A stretch of 64,000 nucleotides of DNA from the human T2T-CHM13v2.0 reference genome, Homo sapiens. This document shows, piece after piece, positions 15,371 through 29,586 of the stretch. How positions within the stretch are numbered: the stretch's first letter is position 1; each line of letters opens with the position of its first letter. The stretch lies in the NCBI RefSeq assembly GCF_009914755.1, contig NC_060937.1; one strand, 5' to 3'. Position numbers and translations under genes: made by a program. Below the pieces are notes generated by a model. It did not search any database and had not been told where the DNA came from. It saw only the letters and a program-made list of their open reading frames with translations.

Positions 15371-15374
<4 letters not shown>

Positions 15375-15701
15375 GGTGAGATGACTTCATATAAAACACA
15401 TTTCATATCATCACATTAATAAGACAAAAGGTAATCAATTATTTATGTAGTTTATACATTTTTTAAAAAAACATTTTCCCAAGTATTTGATTCTCTCATT
15501 GTGCTAATTGTTAGGTGGTTTCAGCCAAGCAATAGAGAGTGCACAGAATTCCATACAATAAAGAGTCCATTCCCATTGTCAATTTTTATGAATTTCTAAA
15601 TATGATTATATCCTGTGGATACTTAGGGACTCAGATTATTGAAGGCCCCCAAAAATCATCACGAAAGCAGAATAAATAAACTGGAAAACAAAACATATGA
15701 T

Positions 15702-16222
15702 TGTCAGGCCTCTGAGCCCAAGCTAAGCTCTCATAACCCCTGTGACCTGCACATATACATCCAGATGGCCTGGAGCAACTGAAGAACCACAAAAGATGAC
15801 ATTCCACCATTGTGATCTGTTCCTGCCCCACCCTAACTGATCAATGGACTTTGTGACAATAAACCCTCGCTGCCCTTGCGATAATGTGCTTTGTGTTATT
15901 CCCCTGCCCTTGTAAATGTACTTTGTAGGATACACCCTCCCCACCCTTGAGAAGGTACTTTGTAATATCCTCCCCCACCCTTAAGGTACTTTGCAATATT
16001 CTCCCTGCCCTTGAGAATGTATTTTGTGAGATCCACCCCCTGCCCGCAAAGAATTTCTCCTAACTCCATTGCCTATCCCAAACCTGTAAGAACTAATGAT
16101 AATCCCACCACCCTTTGCTGACTCTCTTTTCGGACTCAGCCCACCTGCACCCAGGTGACTAAAAAGCTTTATTGCTTACACAAAGCCTGTTTGGTGGTCT
16201 CTTCACATGGACGTGTGTAAAA
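15702..16222 (+). mobile_element. HERV-H solo LTR (LTR7 family)
   Basis: Starts tgtcaggcctctgagcccaagctaagc; ends aagcctgtttggtggtctcttcac..aaaa; perfect 5-bp TSD ATGAT (15697-15701, 16223-16227). Confidence 0.95.
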
Positions 16223-16859
16223 ATGATATTTTCTATATGTAAATATCTTTCTTGGATTTGATGGTGGTATTTAAAGAAATGGAAATATTGAAAGTTCATC
16301 ATAGTCCATTTTTTAGCCTTAAATATATAGACATATTTTTATTGCTAAAAAATAACAAGTAGTGTAATCCTTATAATACAGCAGGTACTCTGTAATATAT
16401 ATTTTTTAGTAGTTTATAGCTTCAAGTAAGCGAACAGGTAGAAGAAAGACAAGAATGTGGTAATAAATTTCTTGTAACATTTCAAATTACAATCTTTTAA
16501 AAAGAATATCAGTGTTGGATTTGAGAAACAAAATTTCTTCTACAAAATTCTCTATTTATAGATTACTAAGAACATCATTGTTTTGAACCCATTTTCTGGG
16601 TTCCCAATCCAGACTATTAAATGTACACTTTTTAAGACAAAAAGACATGTTTTTGTCAATAATTGTCTACAGATTTAAGTTATGCACACCTGCCCAAACC
16701 TTCATGTAAAAATAAGATCTAAAACGTTCAAACTATTTGTAATATGTAGCCCTGAAAATAACTCTCCCAATGCATGTTTGGCAAAAATGCATTCAATTTT
16801 TATTTGTAGAGACAAAATGAAGATCCCTCAAGAAGAGACTCAGAATTGAATGCATGTAG

Positions 16860-17187
<328 letters not shown>

Positions 17188-17746
17188 TGAAGATGTGATT
17201 ATTACATAAGGCTCCAGCGCTGCTGCTTTCACATGGCCCACATAAACGCAAATAAAATTAATGTTTGAAATGTAAGCCAAATTACACATATATGTTATTC
17301 TTCCCCACAGAAGAATTTTTAATATATTAAATAAAGGGATCTCAATTTGCTAATGGTCTCATTTTAAAGCTATGTATTACTACTTGATGTCTACCTATTA
17401 TCAATTTAATAAACGGTCTTCAAAACTTGAGAGTTGGCCCCCTCCCATGATTATGATAATTTAGAAGAGTTTTTATATAATCATTCATTCACCTTCACAG
17501 TTCCCACATTAAATTGAATGTCTCAGTTGCTCGCTAACTAGCAATTTGTCACCTGATTTTCCTCTTTGCCATATTCAAGACAATAGAAAATGAAAACATA
17601 ATTCATATGTGGCAACAGCATCATTGTCTAAAAACCATTGTGCATTTCCCCTTTCTTTGGAAGCACTCACCTGGGCTAAGGTGTGTCCTTCTCCTTTAAA
17701 ATTTATATCAATTACATAGTGTGTTTTTGAAGATTGACTAAGATGG

Positions 17747-18289
17747 TGTGATGGTTAATATTAAATGTCAACTTGACTGGCTTGAAGGATGCAAAGTAAT
17801 TTTCCTGGGTGTATCTTGAGGTTGTTGCTAGAGGAGACTACCATTTGAATCAGTGGACTAGGAGAGGCAGACCCACCCGCAGTCTGGGTGGGCACCATCC
17901 CCTTGGCTGCCAGCACAGCTAGAAAAAGCAGGCAGAAGGTGGAATGAGCAGACTTACTGAGTCTTCTGGCCTTCACCTTTCTCCCATACTGGATACTTCC
18001 CACCCTCGAACATCAAACTCCAAATTCTTCAGCTTTTGGACTCTTGGGCTTACACCAGTTGTTTGCCTTGGGCCTCAGGCCCTTGGGCCTCTGGCCATAG
18101 ACTGAAGGCTTCACTGTCAGCTTCCTTACTTTTGAGGTTTTGGGACTCAGACTGACTTCCTTGCTCCTCAGCTTGTAGACGGCCTATAGTAGGACTCACC
18201 CTTGTGTGAGTCAATACTCCTTAATAAACTCCCCTTTATATATACATCTATCCTATAGTTCTGTCTCTCTAGAGAACCTGGCTAATATA
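17747..18289 (+). mobile_element. ERV-L solo LTR (MLT2A2-like)
   Basis: tgtgatggttaata..tgtcaacttga start, ctagagaacc..ctaatata end; perfect TSD GATGG. Confidence 0.93.
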
Positions 18290-19467
18290 GATGGTATATG
18301 TAAAACTTTTTAGCACATATCCATGAATACTAATTCATTAACTTTGTGTCTCTTCTTTTATTTCTCAGTTTTTCATCCTAAAATCATCCATACACTAGCA
18401 AAACAAGTTTTCTTACTGATGCCCTATTTCACCTTTTACTCATATAATTGCTATTTTATATGAATAAATATGTTTAGATTATTTTAGGCAAATTAGAAAT
18501 TTATAGAGTCCCACTATAAAGCAATTGTTTGTGTTACAGTAAATTTTTATAACATCAATTATACTCTTCTTGTAGAAATGACTGTGTTAATGTACTTTTT
18601 CAGCTTAGTGTAGCCATTTTTCATAATTTGTCATTTCAGCCAATTGCCCAGGAAACCAAGACAATGAACTGAGATATATCACCTGCCTGATACTCCATTG
18701 CAAGTTTATGACAGAATAATTAAAATCCACTTCAGAAATCAAATGCGGAGTTTAGCAAATTCTGTTACAATTGCACCCGAATGAAGAATGAGTAGAAAAT
18801 AAAAAACTAAAAGAGGGAAAAAATTCTTTATCAGTTGTTTGCTAAGATCTAAATTGTAGCATTGCAGACTTTAGGGAAGAGCTGCCCCACTCTGTCAATC
18901 AGGATGATGGAAGTTGATCCTCTCAGAGTGGTTTTTCTGCCTGGTGTCTCTTGGGAGATCTTCTTCCTTAGCTCATCAGTGAGATCTACAGATGTCAAGA
19001 AAACATATTGTCTGGAAGCATATTCTAACCCAGAGGGGCAATTTAGCCTTTTCTACTTTAGCTCAGAGCCTTTTCTTAAGCTTCTTTTGGGTGGGTTTAT
19101 GCCCTGGGGCATTAGAATTGAAGAAAACAAGTAACAAGGAAAATTCAGTTTCTCGGTTTTCTCGCAACTGTCTGGCAGATTATATTGTTAAGATTAAGAA
19201 AATCTAAGGAATAAGATATTGAAAAATTTAGGAGAGGAACAAATAAACCAAGAGAAGCCACAAAATGTAGCATTAATTTTCTGTGTACTTTAGACAGATG
19301 CCATATTTTAAATAATACATCAGTAAAGTCATAACGTCCATCACATTAGCAGTAACATCTCTGTGTTACCATGATAATGGTTATCTCAGTCACTGAAAAA
19401 AAAAAATTAGTTCTCTGTAAAGTGTGAATTTTATAGTTGAAACCACACATTAACAAAAGGAATGTGA

Positions 19468-22400
19468 AAGGAGATGGAGCAAGATAGCCAAAAGGAACCC
19501 TCTGCAGAAACACCAAATTGAACAACTACAAAAATGCACCTTCAGGAAAAAACAAAAATCAGGTGAGCAATATCAGTACCTGGTTTTAAAATTATGTCAA
19601 GGAAAGAAGCACTAAAGAAAGTAGAAAAGATGGTTTGAATTGCTGACACCACCCTTCCCCTATGCCCTAGCAGCAGCCTGGTGGCAGAGAGAGAGTCAGT
19701 GTGCTTGGGGGAGGGACAGTGCAGGGATTGTGAGACTTTCATTGGAATTCAGTGCTGCCCTGTCACAGTGGAAAGCAACAGAGGGAGAATTCAGCCAGTA
19801 CACACAGAGGGAGCATTTTGACCAGTTCTATCCAGGGAAGAATCATCCATCCTAGTGATCAGAGCCTGAATTCTGCCTGACCCTATCACCACAGGCTAAA
19901 GCACTCTGGGGGCCTAAATAAACTTGGAGGGAAGCCTAGGCCACAGAGACCCAGGCCTGGTAGCATTAACCACAGTTGACTGAAAAACCTTTGTGCCTTA
20001 AATAAACATCAGCGATAGCCAGACAGTACTCACTGCGTAGAGCAGTGGTGGCCATGGGCACCATGGCCTTATGTGTGAGAAAATGAAAGGGACAAGTGGG
20101 AAGGACTTTTGCAGCTTGGGTGCAAGCTCAGTCACAGTAGAATAGAGCTCTAAGTAGATTCCTTAGGTTCCTAACACCAGGTCATGGCTCCTATGGCATT
20201 TCTGGACCTGCCCTGGGCCAGAGGGGAGCTTGACACACTGAAAGGAAGAACACAAGCCTGGCTTGATTTACCACCTGCTGACAGTTGAGCCCTTGGGCCT
20301 TGAGTGAACATCAATAGTAGCCAGGCAGTTGGCGCCACACCTCTTGAGTGAGACTCAGGGCTGTAATGGCTTCAGTTCTGATCCACCACAGTCCCAGTGA
20401 TGGTGGCCACAGGGGTGATTGTGTCATCCCCCCCACAGCTCCATGCAGCTCAGCAAGGAGAGAGAGACTTTCTCTCCTAGGGGAAAAGTAAGGGAAGAGA
20501 TCAAGAGCCCCTTCTTGGAAATCAAGGGAATTTTCTGTGATCTTAACCAAGACTGCAAAAGCAGTACCTCCATGAGTCTGTAAGAATCACAGTGTTACTG
20601 GCCTTGGAGTGCACTCTAATGCAGATATGGCTGCAGTGACCAAGGAAATAAATCACAGCACTCAAAATCCTATGAATATTTGGAAAGCCATCCCAAAAAG
20701 GAGAGGTATAAACAAGCCCAGACTGTGAAGACTACAATAAATACATTAACTCCTTAATGCCCAGACATTGATGAACATACATATTGATTTTCAACACCAC
20801 GTAGGAAAATAAGACCTCACCAAGCGAACTAAAGAAGGCACCAGTTACTTATCCAAGATAGACAGAGATATGTGACCTTTCATACAGAGAATCCAAAATA
20901 GCTGTTTTTAAAAAGCTCAGTGAAATCCAAAATAACTCAGAGAAGGAACTTAGAATCCTACCAGATAAATGTAACAAAGAGATTAAAATAATATTTAAAA
21001 ATAAAGCAGAAATTCTGGAACTGAAAAATTCAGTTGTCATACTGAATAATGCATCAGAGTCCCTTAACACCAGAAATGACCAAGCAGAAGACAGATTTAG
21101 TGAGCTTGAAGAATACTATTTGAATATACACATTCAGAGGATACAAAAGAAAAAACTTCAAAAAATGAAGCGTGCCTACAAGATTTGGAAATACCCTCAA
21201 GAGATTAAATCTAAGGGTTATGGGCTTTAAAGAGGAAATAGAGACAGCGATTGGTGGAAATTTTATTCAAAGGGATAATAACAGATAACTTTCCAAACCT
21301 GGAGAAAGATATCAATATCCAAACAGAAGATGATCATACAATGCCAAGTAGATTTAACACAAAAGACACTATCCCAAGATAGCTATTCATCAAATTCCCA
21401 AAAGTCAAAGATAAAGAATGTATCCTTAAAACACAAAGAGAAAAAAAAAAAAACATACAACAGGTGCTGGAGAGGATGTGGAGAAATAGGAACACTTTTA
21501 CACTGTTGGTGGGACTGTAAACTAGTTCAACCATTGTGGAAGTCAGTGTGGCGATTCCTCAGGGATCTAGAACTAGAAATACCATTTGACCCAGCCATCC
21601 CATTACTGGGTATATACCCAAAGGACTACAAATCATGCTGCTATAAAGACACATGCACACGTATGTTTATTGCGGCATTATTCACAATAGCAAAGACTTG
21701 GAACCAACCCAAATGTCCAACAATGATAGACTGGATTAAGAAAATGTGGCACATACACACCATGGAATACTATGCAGCCATAAAAAATGATGAGTTCATG
21801 TCCTTTGTAGGAACATGGATGAAATTGGAAATCATCATTCTCAGTAAACTATCGCAAGAACAAAAAACCAAACACCGCATATTCTCACTCATAGGTGAGA
21901 ATTGAACAATGAGAACACATGGACACAGGAAGGGGAACATCACACTCTGGGGACTGTTGTGGGGTGGGGGTAAGGGGGAGGGATAGCATTGGGAGATATA
22001 CCTAATGCTAGATGATGAGTTAGTGGGTGCAGTGCACCAGCATGGCACATGTATACATATGTAACTAACCTGCACATTGTGCACATGTACCCTAAAACTT
22101 AAAGTATAATAATAATTAATAAATAAATAAATAAATGCAAAAAAACAAAACATACAAAAGAGCACCAACCCATCTGGCAGTCGACTTCTCAGTGGAAACT
22201 TTACAGGCCAGGAGAGCATAATACAATAAAATAATAAAATATTCTTCAAACATAAAGGAGAAATAAAAACTTTCCAGACAGTCAAAAGCTGAGGAATTTT
22301 ATTTACATTAGAACTGTCCTACAAGAAATGCTAAAGAAAGTTTATTCTGGAAAAAAGGATGTTAATGAGCAGTAGGAAACCATGTGAATGTACAAAACTC

Positions 22401-25258
22401 ATGGGTATTAGTAAGTATACAGACAAGCACAAAAATATTACAACAATGTAATTCTGGTATGTAAACTACTTATATCTTGATTAGAACAACTAAAAGGTAA
22501 ACCTGTCAAAAACAATAACTACAACAACTTTTTAAGACAGTGCAATTAGACATAAATAAAAACAATGAAAAGTTAAAAAGCAAAAGGGATTAAGTTAAAG
22601 TGTATAGTTTTTTAAGTGGCTCTTTGCTAGTTTGTTATTAACTGTTAAGTTGTCATAAATTCAAAATAACAGGTTATAAGATGTTATTGGCAAGCCACAT
22701 GGTAACCTCAAATAAAAAATGTACAAGTACACAAAAAAAAGTAGAAAGCAAGAAATTATAATACAACAAAAGAAAACTTAACTTCAGTATAAGGAAAACA
22801 GGATGGAAGGAACTAAGGAAGACAATACCAAAAAATCACAAGAAAACTAATAACAAAATGGCAGGATTAAGTCCTTACTTATCGATAATAACTGAATGTA
22901 AATGGACTAAAGTCTCCAATCAAAACACATAGACTGGCTGAATACATTAAAAAAAAAAGACCTTAATGATCAGTTGCCTTCAAGAAACACTTCGCCTATA
23001 AACACAAACATACACTGAAAATAAAAGAATGAAAAAGGATATTCCATGCAAATGGAAACTAAAAAAGGAGCAAGAGAGCTATACTTACATTAGAGAAAAT
23101 AAATTTCAAGACAAAAACTAAAAAAAGAAACAAAGACTATGATCATAAATGATGAAAGTATTAATCAAAGACAAATTTAAAAAAAGAAAACTCCAGGTCA
23201 GTATTACATATAAACCCTGACTCAAAAATGCTCAAAATAATACCTGCAAATAAAATTCAACAACTGATTAAAAAGAAGACTCATTATTATCAAACGGTAT
23301 TTATCCCAGGGATGCAAGGGTGGTTCAACAAAATACTCCCAATGATGTGATACATCCTGTCAATGGAATAAAGGACAAAACCATATGATAATATCAGTTG
23401 ATGCTGAGAATTCATTGGATAAATTTCAACATCCCTTTATTGTAAAAATCCTCAAAAATCTCAGTATAGAATGAACTTACCTCAACACAATAAATGCCCT
23501 ATATGACAGATCTACAACTAGTATCATACTCAGTGAGGAAAAACTGAAACCCTTTCCTCTAAGATCTGGAATAAGACAAGGATCACCACTTTCATTTATG
23601 TTATTTAACATAGTACTGAAATTTCTAGGTAGAGCAATCAGAAAAGAGGAAGAAAGGGCATCCAAATTGGAAAGGAAGAAGTCAAATTATCTTTGTTTAC
23701 AGATGATATAACTTATACTTGGAAAAATCTAAACACCCTACCAAAAAGGTATTAGGACAAATTCTGCAAAGTTGCCGGATACAAAATCAATGTATAAATA
23801 TCAGTAGCAATTCTATATGACCACAGTGAACAATGTGAAAAAGGAATCAAGAAAATAATCCCATGGACAATAGCTATGAATAAAATAAAACACCTGCTGG
23901 TAAAGTTGACCAAAGAAGTGAAAGATGTCTACAATAAAAACTATAAAACATTGATGAAAGAAATTGAAAAGGACACACACAAAAAATGGAAAGATATTCC
24001 ATGTTCATGGATTAGAATCATCAATATTGTTAAAATGTGCATACTACCCAAAGCAATCTATAGATTCAATGAAATCCCTGACAAAAAAACAACAACATTC
24101 TTCACAGAAATAGAAAAAACAATCCTAAAATTCATATGGAACCACAAAAGACCCAGAGTAGCCAAAGCCGTCCTGAGCAAAATGTACAAACCAGAGGAAC
24201 CTCACGTTACCTGACTTCAAATTATGCTACAGATCTATTTTAACCAAAACAGCATGGTACTGGCATAAAAACAGACACATAAACCAATGTAACAGAATAG
24301 AAAATCCAGACCTAAACTCATACATCTACAGTGAATTCATTTTAGAAAAAGGTGCCAAGAACATAATTGTGAAAAAGAGAGTCTCTTAATTAAATGGCAC
24401 TAAAAAAAAACTGGATGTTCATATGCAGAAGAATGAAACTAGACCCCTATCTCTTCACTTATTAAAAAAAAACAAATGAATTAAAAACTTCAATACCTCA
24501 AGCTATAAAAGTACTATAAGAAAACATTGGAGAAACTCCCCAGGACATTGGTCTGGGCAATATTTCTTGAGTATATCCTACAAGCACAGACAACCAGAGC
24601 AAAAATGGACAAATTGGATCATATGTTAAAAAGGTTCTGCATAGCAATGTAAACAATCAACAAACTGAAGATACAACCCACAGAATGGAAGAAAATATTT
24701 GCAAACTACCCATATGACAAGGGATTAATAACCAGAATATATAAGAAGCCCAAACAACGCAATAAGAAAAAATTCTAATAATCCAGTTTAAAAATAGGTA
24801 AAATTTCTGAATAGACATTTCTCAAAAGAAGACATACAAATGACAAACAGTTGCATGAAAACATGATCATCATTGATCATCAGAGAAATATGAACCGAGA
24901 CTACAATGAGATATCATCTCAACCCAGTTAAAATGGCTTTTATTCAAAAGACAGGCAGCAACACAAGCTGGCAAGGATGTAGATAAAAGAAAATTTTTGT
25001 ACACTGTTGGTGGGAAAGTAAATAGTACAACCACTATGGAGACTTATATGAAGGTTTCTCAAAAAACTAAAACTTAAACCATCATATGATCCAGTAATCC
25101 CATTGCTGAGTGTATACCCAAAAGAAAGAAAATTACTATATTCAGGTGATATCTCATGTATCCCATAAATATATATATATATACTATGTAAACATTAAAA
25201 TATGACATGTACCTCATGTATACACTATACACTATGTACTCATAAAAATAAATTAAAA
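19468..25258 (+). mobile_element. L1MA(1-3)-like element, 5' UTR to 3' end, internally deleted and decayed
   Basis: 5' gagcaagatagcc..; ORF1 remnant ~20800-22350; ORF2 EN start ~22855 jumping to RT ~23165; 3' terminus tctcatgtatcccataaat..actatgtac. Confidence 0.9.
21461..22146 (+). mobile_element. 5'-truncated young L1 (L1PA2-like) nested in the ORF1 of the L1MA
   Basis: Intact ORF2 C-terminus NRCWRGCGEIGTLLHCWWDCKL...IFSLIGEN; 3' UTR carries the GAG (non-Ta) diagnostic; TSD AAAACATACAA 21450-21460 / 22147-22157. Confidence 0.95.
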
Positions 25259-25894
25259 AGGGGATGTCAGAAAGTTGTCGTAAGTCTTTATGTATATTCT
25301 ATAATTCTTAGAAACACTGGCATATTATAAATCATAAGAAAAAATGGAATTCAATTAACAAAAGCAAGCAAAGTTTTCTGCTGTGAGGACTAGCATGTGC
25401 TAATATAAACATAAACTCTTCCCATTCAGGCTAAAGTTTTCACAAAGTTTCCCAGGAGACAGGTAAGGAGAAAGAAGGAAAAATATTTAGTTTCTGAGGG
25501 ATTTTAAATCTTGTGTATGACCAGAAAGCAGTCTAAAAGGTATTCATGTGAAGAAACATAATCAGTGGTTAAAGCAATTTAATTAGAAGAACTCTCTCTG
25601 TCAGTTACTTGGGTAGAGTTGACATAACGCATATTATGTAGCCTGTGAGCTATTAGCTGAAAAGTGATAATCATTAAAAACAAATTGTATGTTTAATAGC
25701 GATGTTTAAAAACTATAATGTCATTACTGGCTTCTTTGTGAGGGAAGGATTATTTTTAACTTGTATCCAAAGAAAACCACTGTTTAAAACCCATACTTGA
25801 ACACAGGAGCACAACGTGGAGGCAGAAATCAGAGTTCTCAGAGAGTAAAAAGTAAAAACTACTTTGAGAAATAAATTTTTTAGTAACTATATAC

Positions 25895-25972
25895 AGATAT
25901 TTAAAAACTGGCATTGGTGGGAAACAAATTGGTGTGATATGCAGCATCAAGACAATCTTTGCAAGAAGTTCC
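25895..25972 (-). CDS. Candidate 78-nt exon
   Basis: Strong acceptor ctcacttcttttttcag|; weak donor |gtatat (alternative caa|gtatgg at 25797); ELLAKIVLMLHITPICFPPMPVFKY, phase 2 to 2. Confidence 0.35.
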
Positions 25973-27199
25973 CTGAAAAAAGAAGTGAGCCCAAATAGCA
26001 TGGATCTCAGACTAGGGTATCAGCTGAAGAGAAATGCTATCTAGACCAAAATTATAACAATTTCCTTAGATAAATTTGGCTACAGTCAGATCAATTTCTA
26101 GTGATGAGCTATTACTAGTCTCGAAGGGAACCCTACCTGTAAATTTGTATTGTTTGTTAGATATATCCTTCCATAAATGTGTAAGCTCTTATTTCCTTTA
26201 TTTTTCAAATAATCCTTCTATTGTCTTACCAAAATCTCCAATTAATTATTTAGTGAATAACTGAGTAAATGAATGAATAACAAGTACTCAGCTAGCTTTA
26301 TTTTTTTTTCATTCTCTTTTCTCATTAACAATAGAACCTGGTGATGCAGCCTATACAAGAAGTTAAAAAAATTTGAATTTGACAGTGGGATAGCTTCAAT
26401 TTTATGTCTTTTTTTCTTTTGTAAATAAAAAGCTTTTTTCATGGAGAAAAACTTTCTCTTAAATAATACCACACAAAAGAATAATTGACTCCTTCCTCTT
26501 TATAACACTGTATGTCAAATTTATCACAACATCCAAGTTTGTTTTTCATTTTTTTTTCTAATATCTTTTACTTCTTGACCTTTTGAAACATCCAAAAATT
26601 AGTAATATTATAATCTGTGTCACAATCATAACGTTTTTCATTCTTAAATGCTTTCTTTCCCTATGTTTTCGTATTTCCACCAGTCTTGAGTTAACCAATG
26701 TTCTTCCCATTTTGCTTCTAAACAATTGTAAGCATCACCAAACAAATATCTGTAACTAAAATATACCTTTGTATTACAAACAGTTTGGGCTTTTTAAGCT
26801 CTGCTTTCCTACCTCTTCTCTGTTCCAAGACCTTATTTAATCAGCTAACTTCTCACAGATTGAATCAAAACTCATAAAGAATAATTTAAAGTTTTATTGC
26901 CATATCTCAACTTATTTTTCAAGTTGTCCCCTTTACTTAAGCTAAAACATTCACATTTGGTAATTACCATATGTTATGTGAAACTGTTTCCTCTCTGAGT
27001 AATTTAACCAGTTTTCAAATTTTATTTTTAAAATCATTCTAATTGCAAGCTGAAGAATAGATTAGAGAAAAGGAATAATGACAGTAAGAAAACTATTCAC
27101 AATACAAATGTCATAGTAGGGAAGACAGATAAACTAAGGCAATGATGGTAAGAGAGGGTAAGAACACAGACAGGTGAGTCTCAATAGTAATGTTACCTT

Positions 27200-29080
27200 C
27201 ATTGTTCAACTTTTTTTTTAATGTAATGTATGCTATTATTTTTCATTTGCTTGATTCTCTAGACACTAATTGTTACTTTTCTTCAAAGTTGTTCAGAGTA
27301 ATAGTAAAACCCCTTGTTGGACGCATATGAAGTAATAGATGTTTTCTTTCTTTTTGGTGTTTGTGATAGTAGGGGATTCTGTCTCCTCCTAAGCACCCAT
27401 TCTCTAGCAATCTGTAGTGATTTTTCAGATGGATTTCCAGGCCCATTATGCTGGAGAGTTCTTGCCATTCCCAGGATGTATTTCTTCTTCTTGTTTTATT
27501 TGCTAGATTTTGTTTGTTTATTTGTTGAAGTAACATTACCCAAGTAGCTTTTAGAGAAAGGAGGCATGAGAGGCAACATTGTTGAGAGGGCATTTGTAGA
27601 AATGTCTTTATTCTATGCTGATACTTGATTTATCAAATGGAAAAAATATAAACTATTATATTGGAAATACATGTCTTTTGGATTTTGAAGGGTTTCTTCA
27701 ATGACTTCTAATTTCCAGGGTTACTTTAATAAAGTAACACCATTATTTAACGTGATTTTGTCTGTGTATACTTTCTCTCTCTCTGGAAGTTTTTAAGATT
27801 GTTAATTTTTCTCAAGTGCTTTGACATATCAATATAGTCATTATTGATATGTTAACATGGGTATTTTAAAATTCTTTATCCAGGTACTCAGTGTGCTCTT
27901 TGAATTGAACATTTCATGTCTCTCAACTTTGAAAATTATTCTTACATCATTTATTTCACAATTTCCTCCCCACCAGGCTTTCCAACAATTGATCATCAGG
28001 TTTTGTAATAATTTATTATTTTATTAATTTATATAACTCTCTATTTCATTTTGCTTTCTTGATGATTTTCCAAAATGGTTTTTCACTATTTATGTATTTT
28101 TATATTCTAGCAAATTTCAATTAAAAACACCTTTTCTGTTATCTGATTGTTTATTGTTATTCTTGCTGTTAGAATTAAATTTCTTCTGCCTTCTACTTTG
28201 TATCTGTTTTATTTATGTCCACTTTTATTTGATATTTACTTCCTCAAATGTGTCACAATTCTTAGTTGTACTTTCATAGTAAACTATGAGGCATTAATGT
28301 ACTCTCTGGAAGTTCTGTGAGCCTGGTAGGAATTGTGAATGAATGAAATTAAATGTAGAAGACTGGGGAATGGCCTCCAAATATCAATACTTGTAAATCT
28401 TTCTCTTAATCTGTCATTGGTCTTTTATTGCCTCCAGAGGGGAATTCAGCTTGCTCTTGCCCTAAGCTTATAAGCATATATATATATATATGCACTGGGA
28501 GCCAAATGTGTGGCAAGGGGCTGCCACTGTTATTTAATATGGAGAATTTGACTTAATCTCTCCACCTTTAGCCCATTAGGAGAAGACTTTTATGGTCCTT
28601 CCCTTGTAGAAGAGAAGACTTTGATGTTCTTGTGGCATAAAATCGAGACACTATAGATCAGTAACTTCAGAACCCACCACACTTTCAGAACCTACCAAGA
28701 CTTTCAGTAGGTTCTGAAGTTACTGATCTACAGTCTCTGATTTTATACCTCAAGAGCATAAAAGTCTTCTCTCCTTCAAGGTGGATTTGGGTGGGGTTGC
28801 TTTTTAACAGATCATTCTCTTTCAGAACTTCCCCTCACTCCCACACTCTGAGTTCCTGGTGCCGCCACTCCACACACACGTGCAGGTTCTGCGTGAGAGA
28901 CTGACTTGGTCCTCATGGGCTTCCCCTCTGCCAACACTTAGGTTTCAGTTTCATCTGCTCTGTCAGCGACCACTTATCTCTCGTTTTCCTTTTGGCATAA
29001 TTTATTGACATTTATGCTTTAAAATTTTGATATTCAGTTGTCTCTTCTCTTCTTTGTTCTTTTGGGTATATTTGTTTCTA
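27200..29080 (-). mobile_element. HAL1/L1ME-type 5' region
   Basis: agtagcttttagagaaaggaggcatgagagg..aatgtctttattcta..ttttgaaggg..ttctaatttccag motifs. Confidence 0.75.
28602..28781. repeat. Inverted repeat, ~75-bp arms with ~29-nt spacer
   Basis: 28654-28674 tagatcagtaacttcagaacc is the exact reverse complement of 28710-28730; arms extend imperfectly. Confidence 0.95.
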
Positions 29081-29463
29081 ATATCTAGCTCAGGTATTTT
29101 AGTATTTTAGTGTGCTTTGTTTTTTATAGGAAGCTGATATCATCTTCTGTGTTTAGCCAAAAGTCCAGGTGCTGTATTTTAAATGGAAGACAATTTCAAT
29201 GAAATAAAATATAAAGGGTGTGAAGGAGTTCAGCAATGAAAGAAATCACCTGGAGTAGGATCATGTAACACAAACAGGATTGTGATGGTGGCATGAGTAT
29301 GGAAAGTTGAGGGGCTTATGATATTACTGGTGTCCTAGATAAGTAACATTACTGCACTAACTGGGCTTACAAGTACAGTTCATTCAAGCTGAAGTTCTAA
29401 CACCAAAAGCTTGATAATTTTGGCAGATTTCATTCTTTGAGCAATATTCAAATATTACACTAC

Positions 29464-29500
29464 TTAGAACAGTGTAAAATATTTTTATAATAACTCTCCT
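29464..29500 (-). CDS. Candidate 37-nt exon
   Basis: ccatttctctcag|AGGAGAG...TCTAA|gtagtg; ESYYKNILHCS, phase 1 to 2. Confidence 0.3.
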
Positions 29501-29586
29501 CTGAGAGAAATGGTACAAGAATACTTAGGCTTAGGACATTACAAATAAAAAGTCCTAGAATAGCCTTGAAAAGGTAGTATTGAGGG

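Noticed and set aside
15623-15680. Candidate 58-nt minus-strand exon (tgttttgttttccag|...|gtatcc)
   Set aside because: Stops in all three frames and a weak donor; it fits only an alternative chain with one TGA, so it was left out of the model
18862-19207. Overlapping 90-aa and 71-aa ORFs in apparently unique DNA
   Set aside because: No recognisable domain or convincing splice signals; possibly an unrecognised old LTR
21948-21983. G-rich, quadruplex-like tract
   Set aside because: Standard L1PA 3' UTR feature
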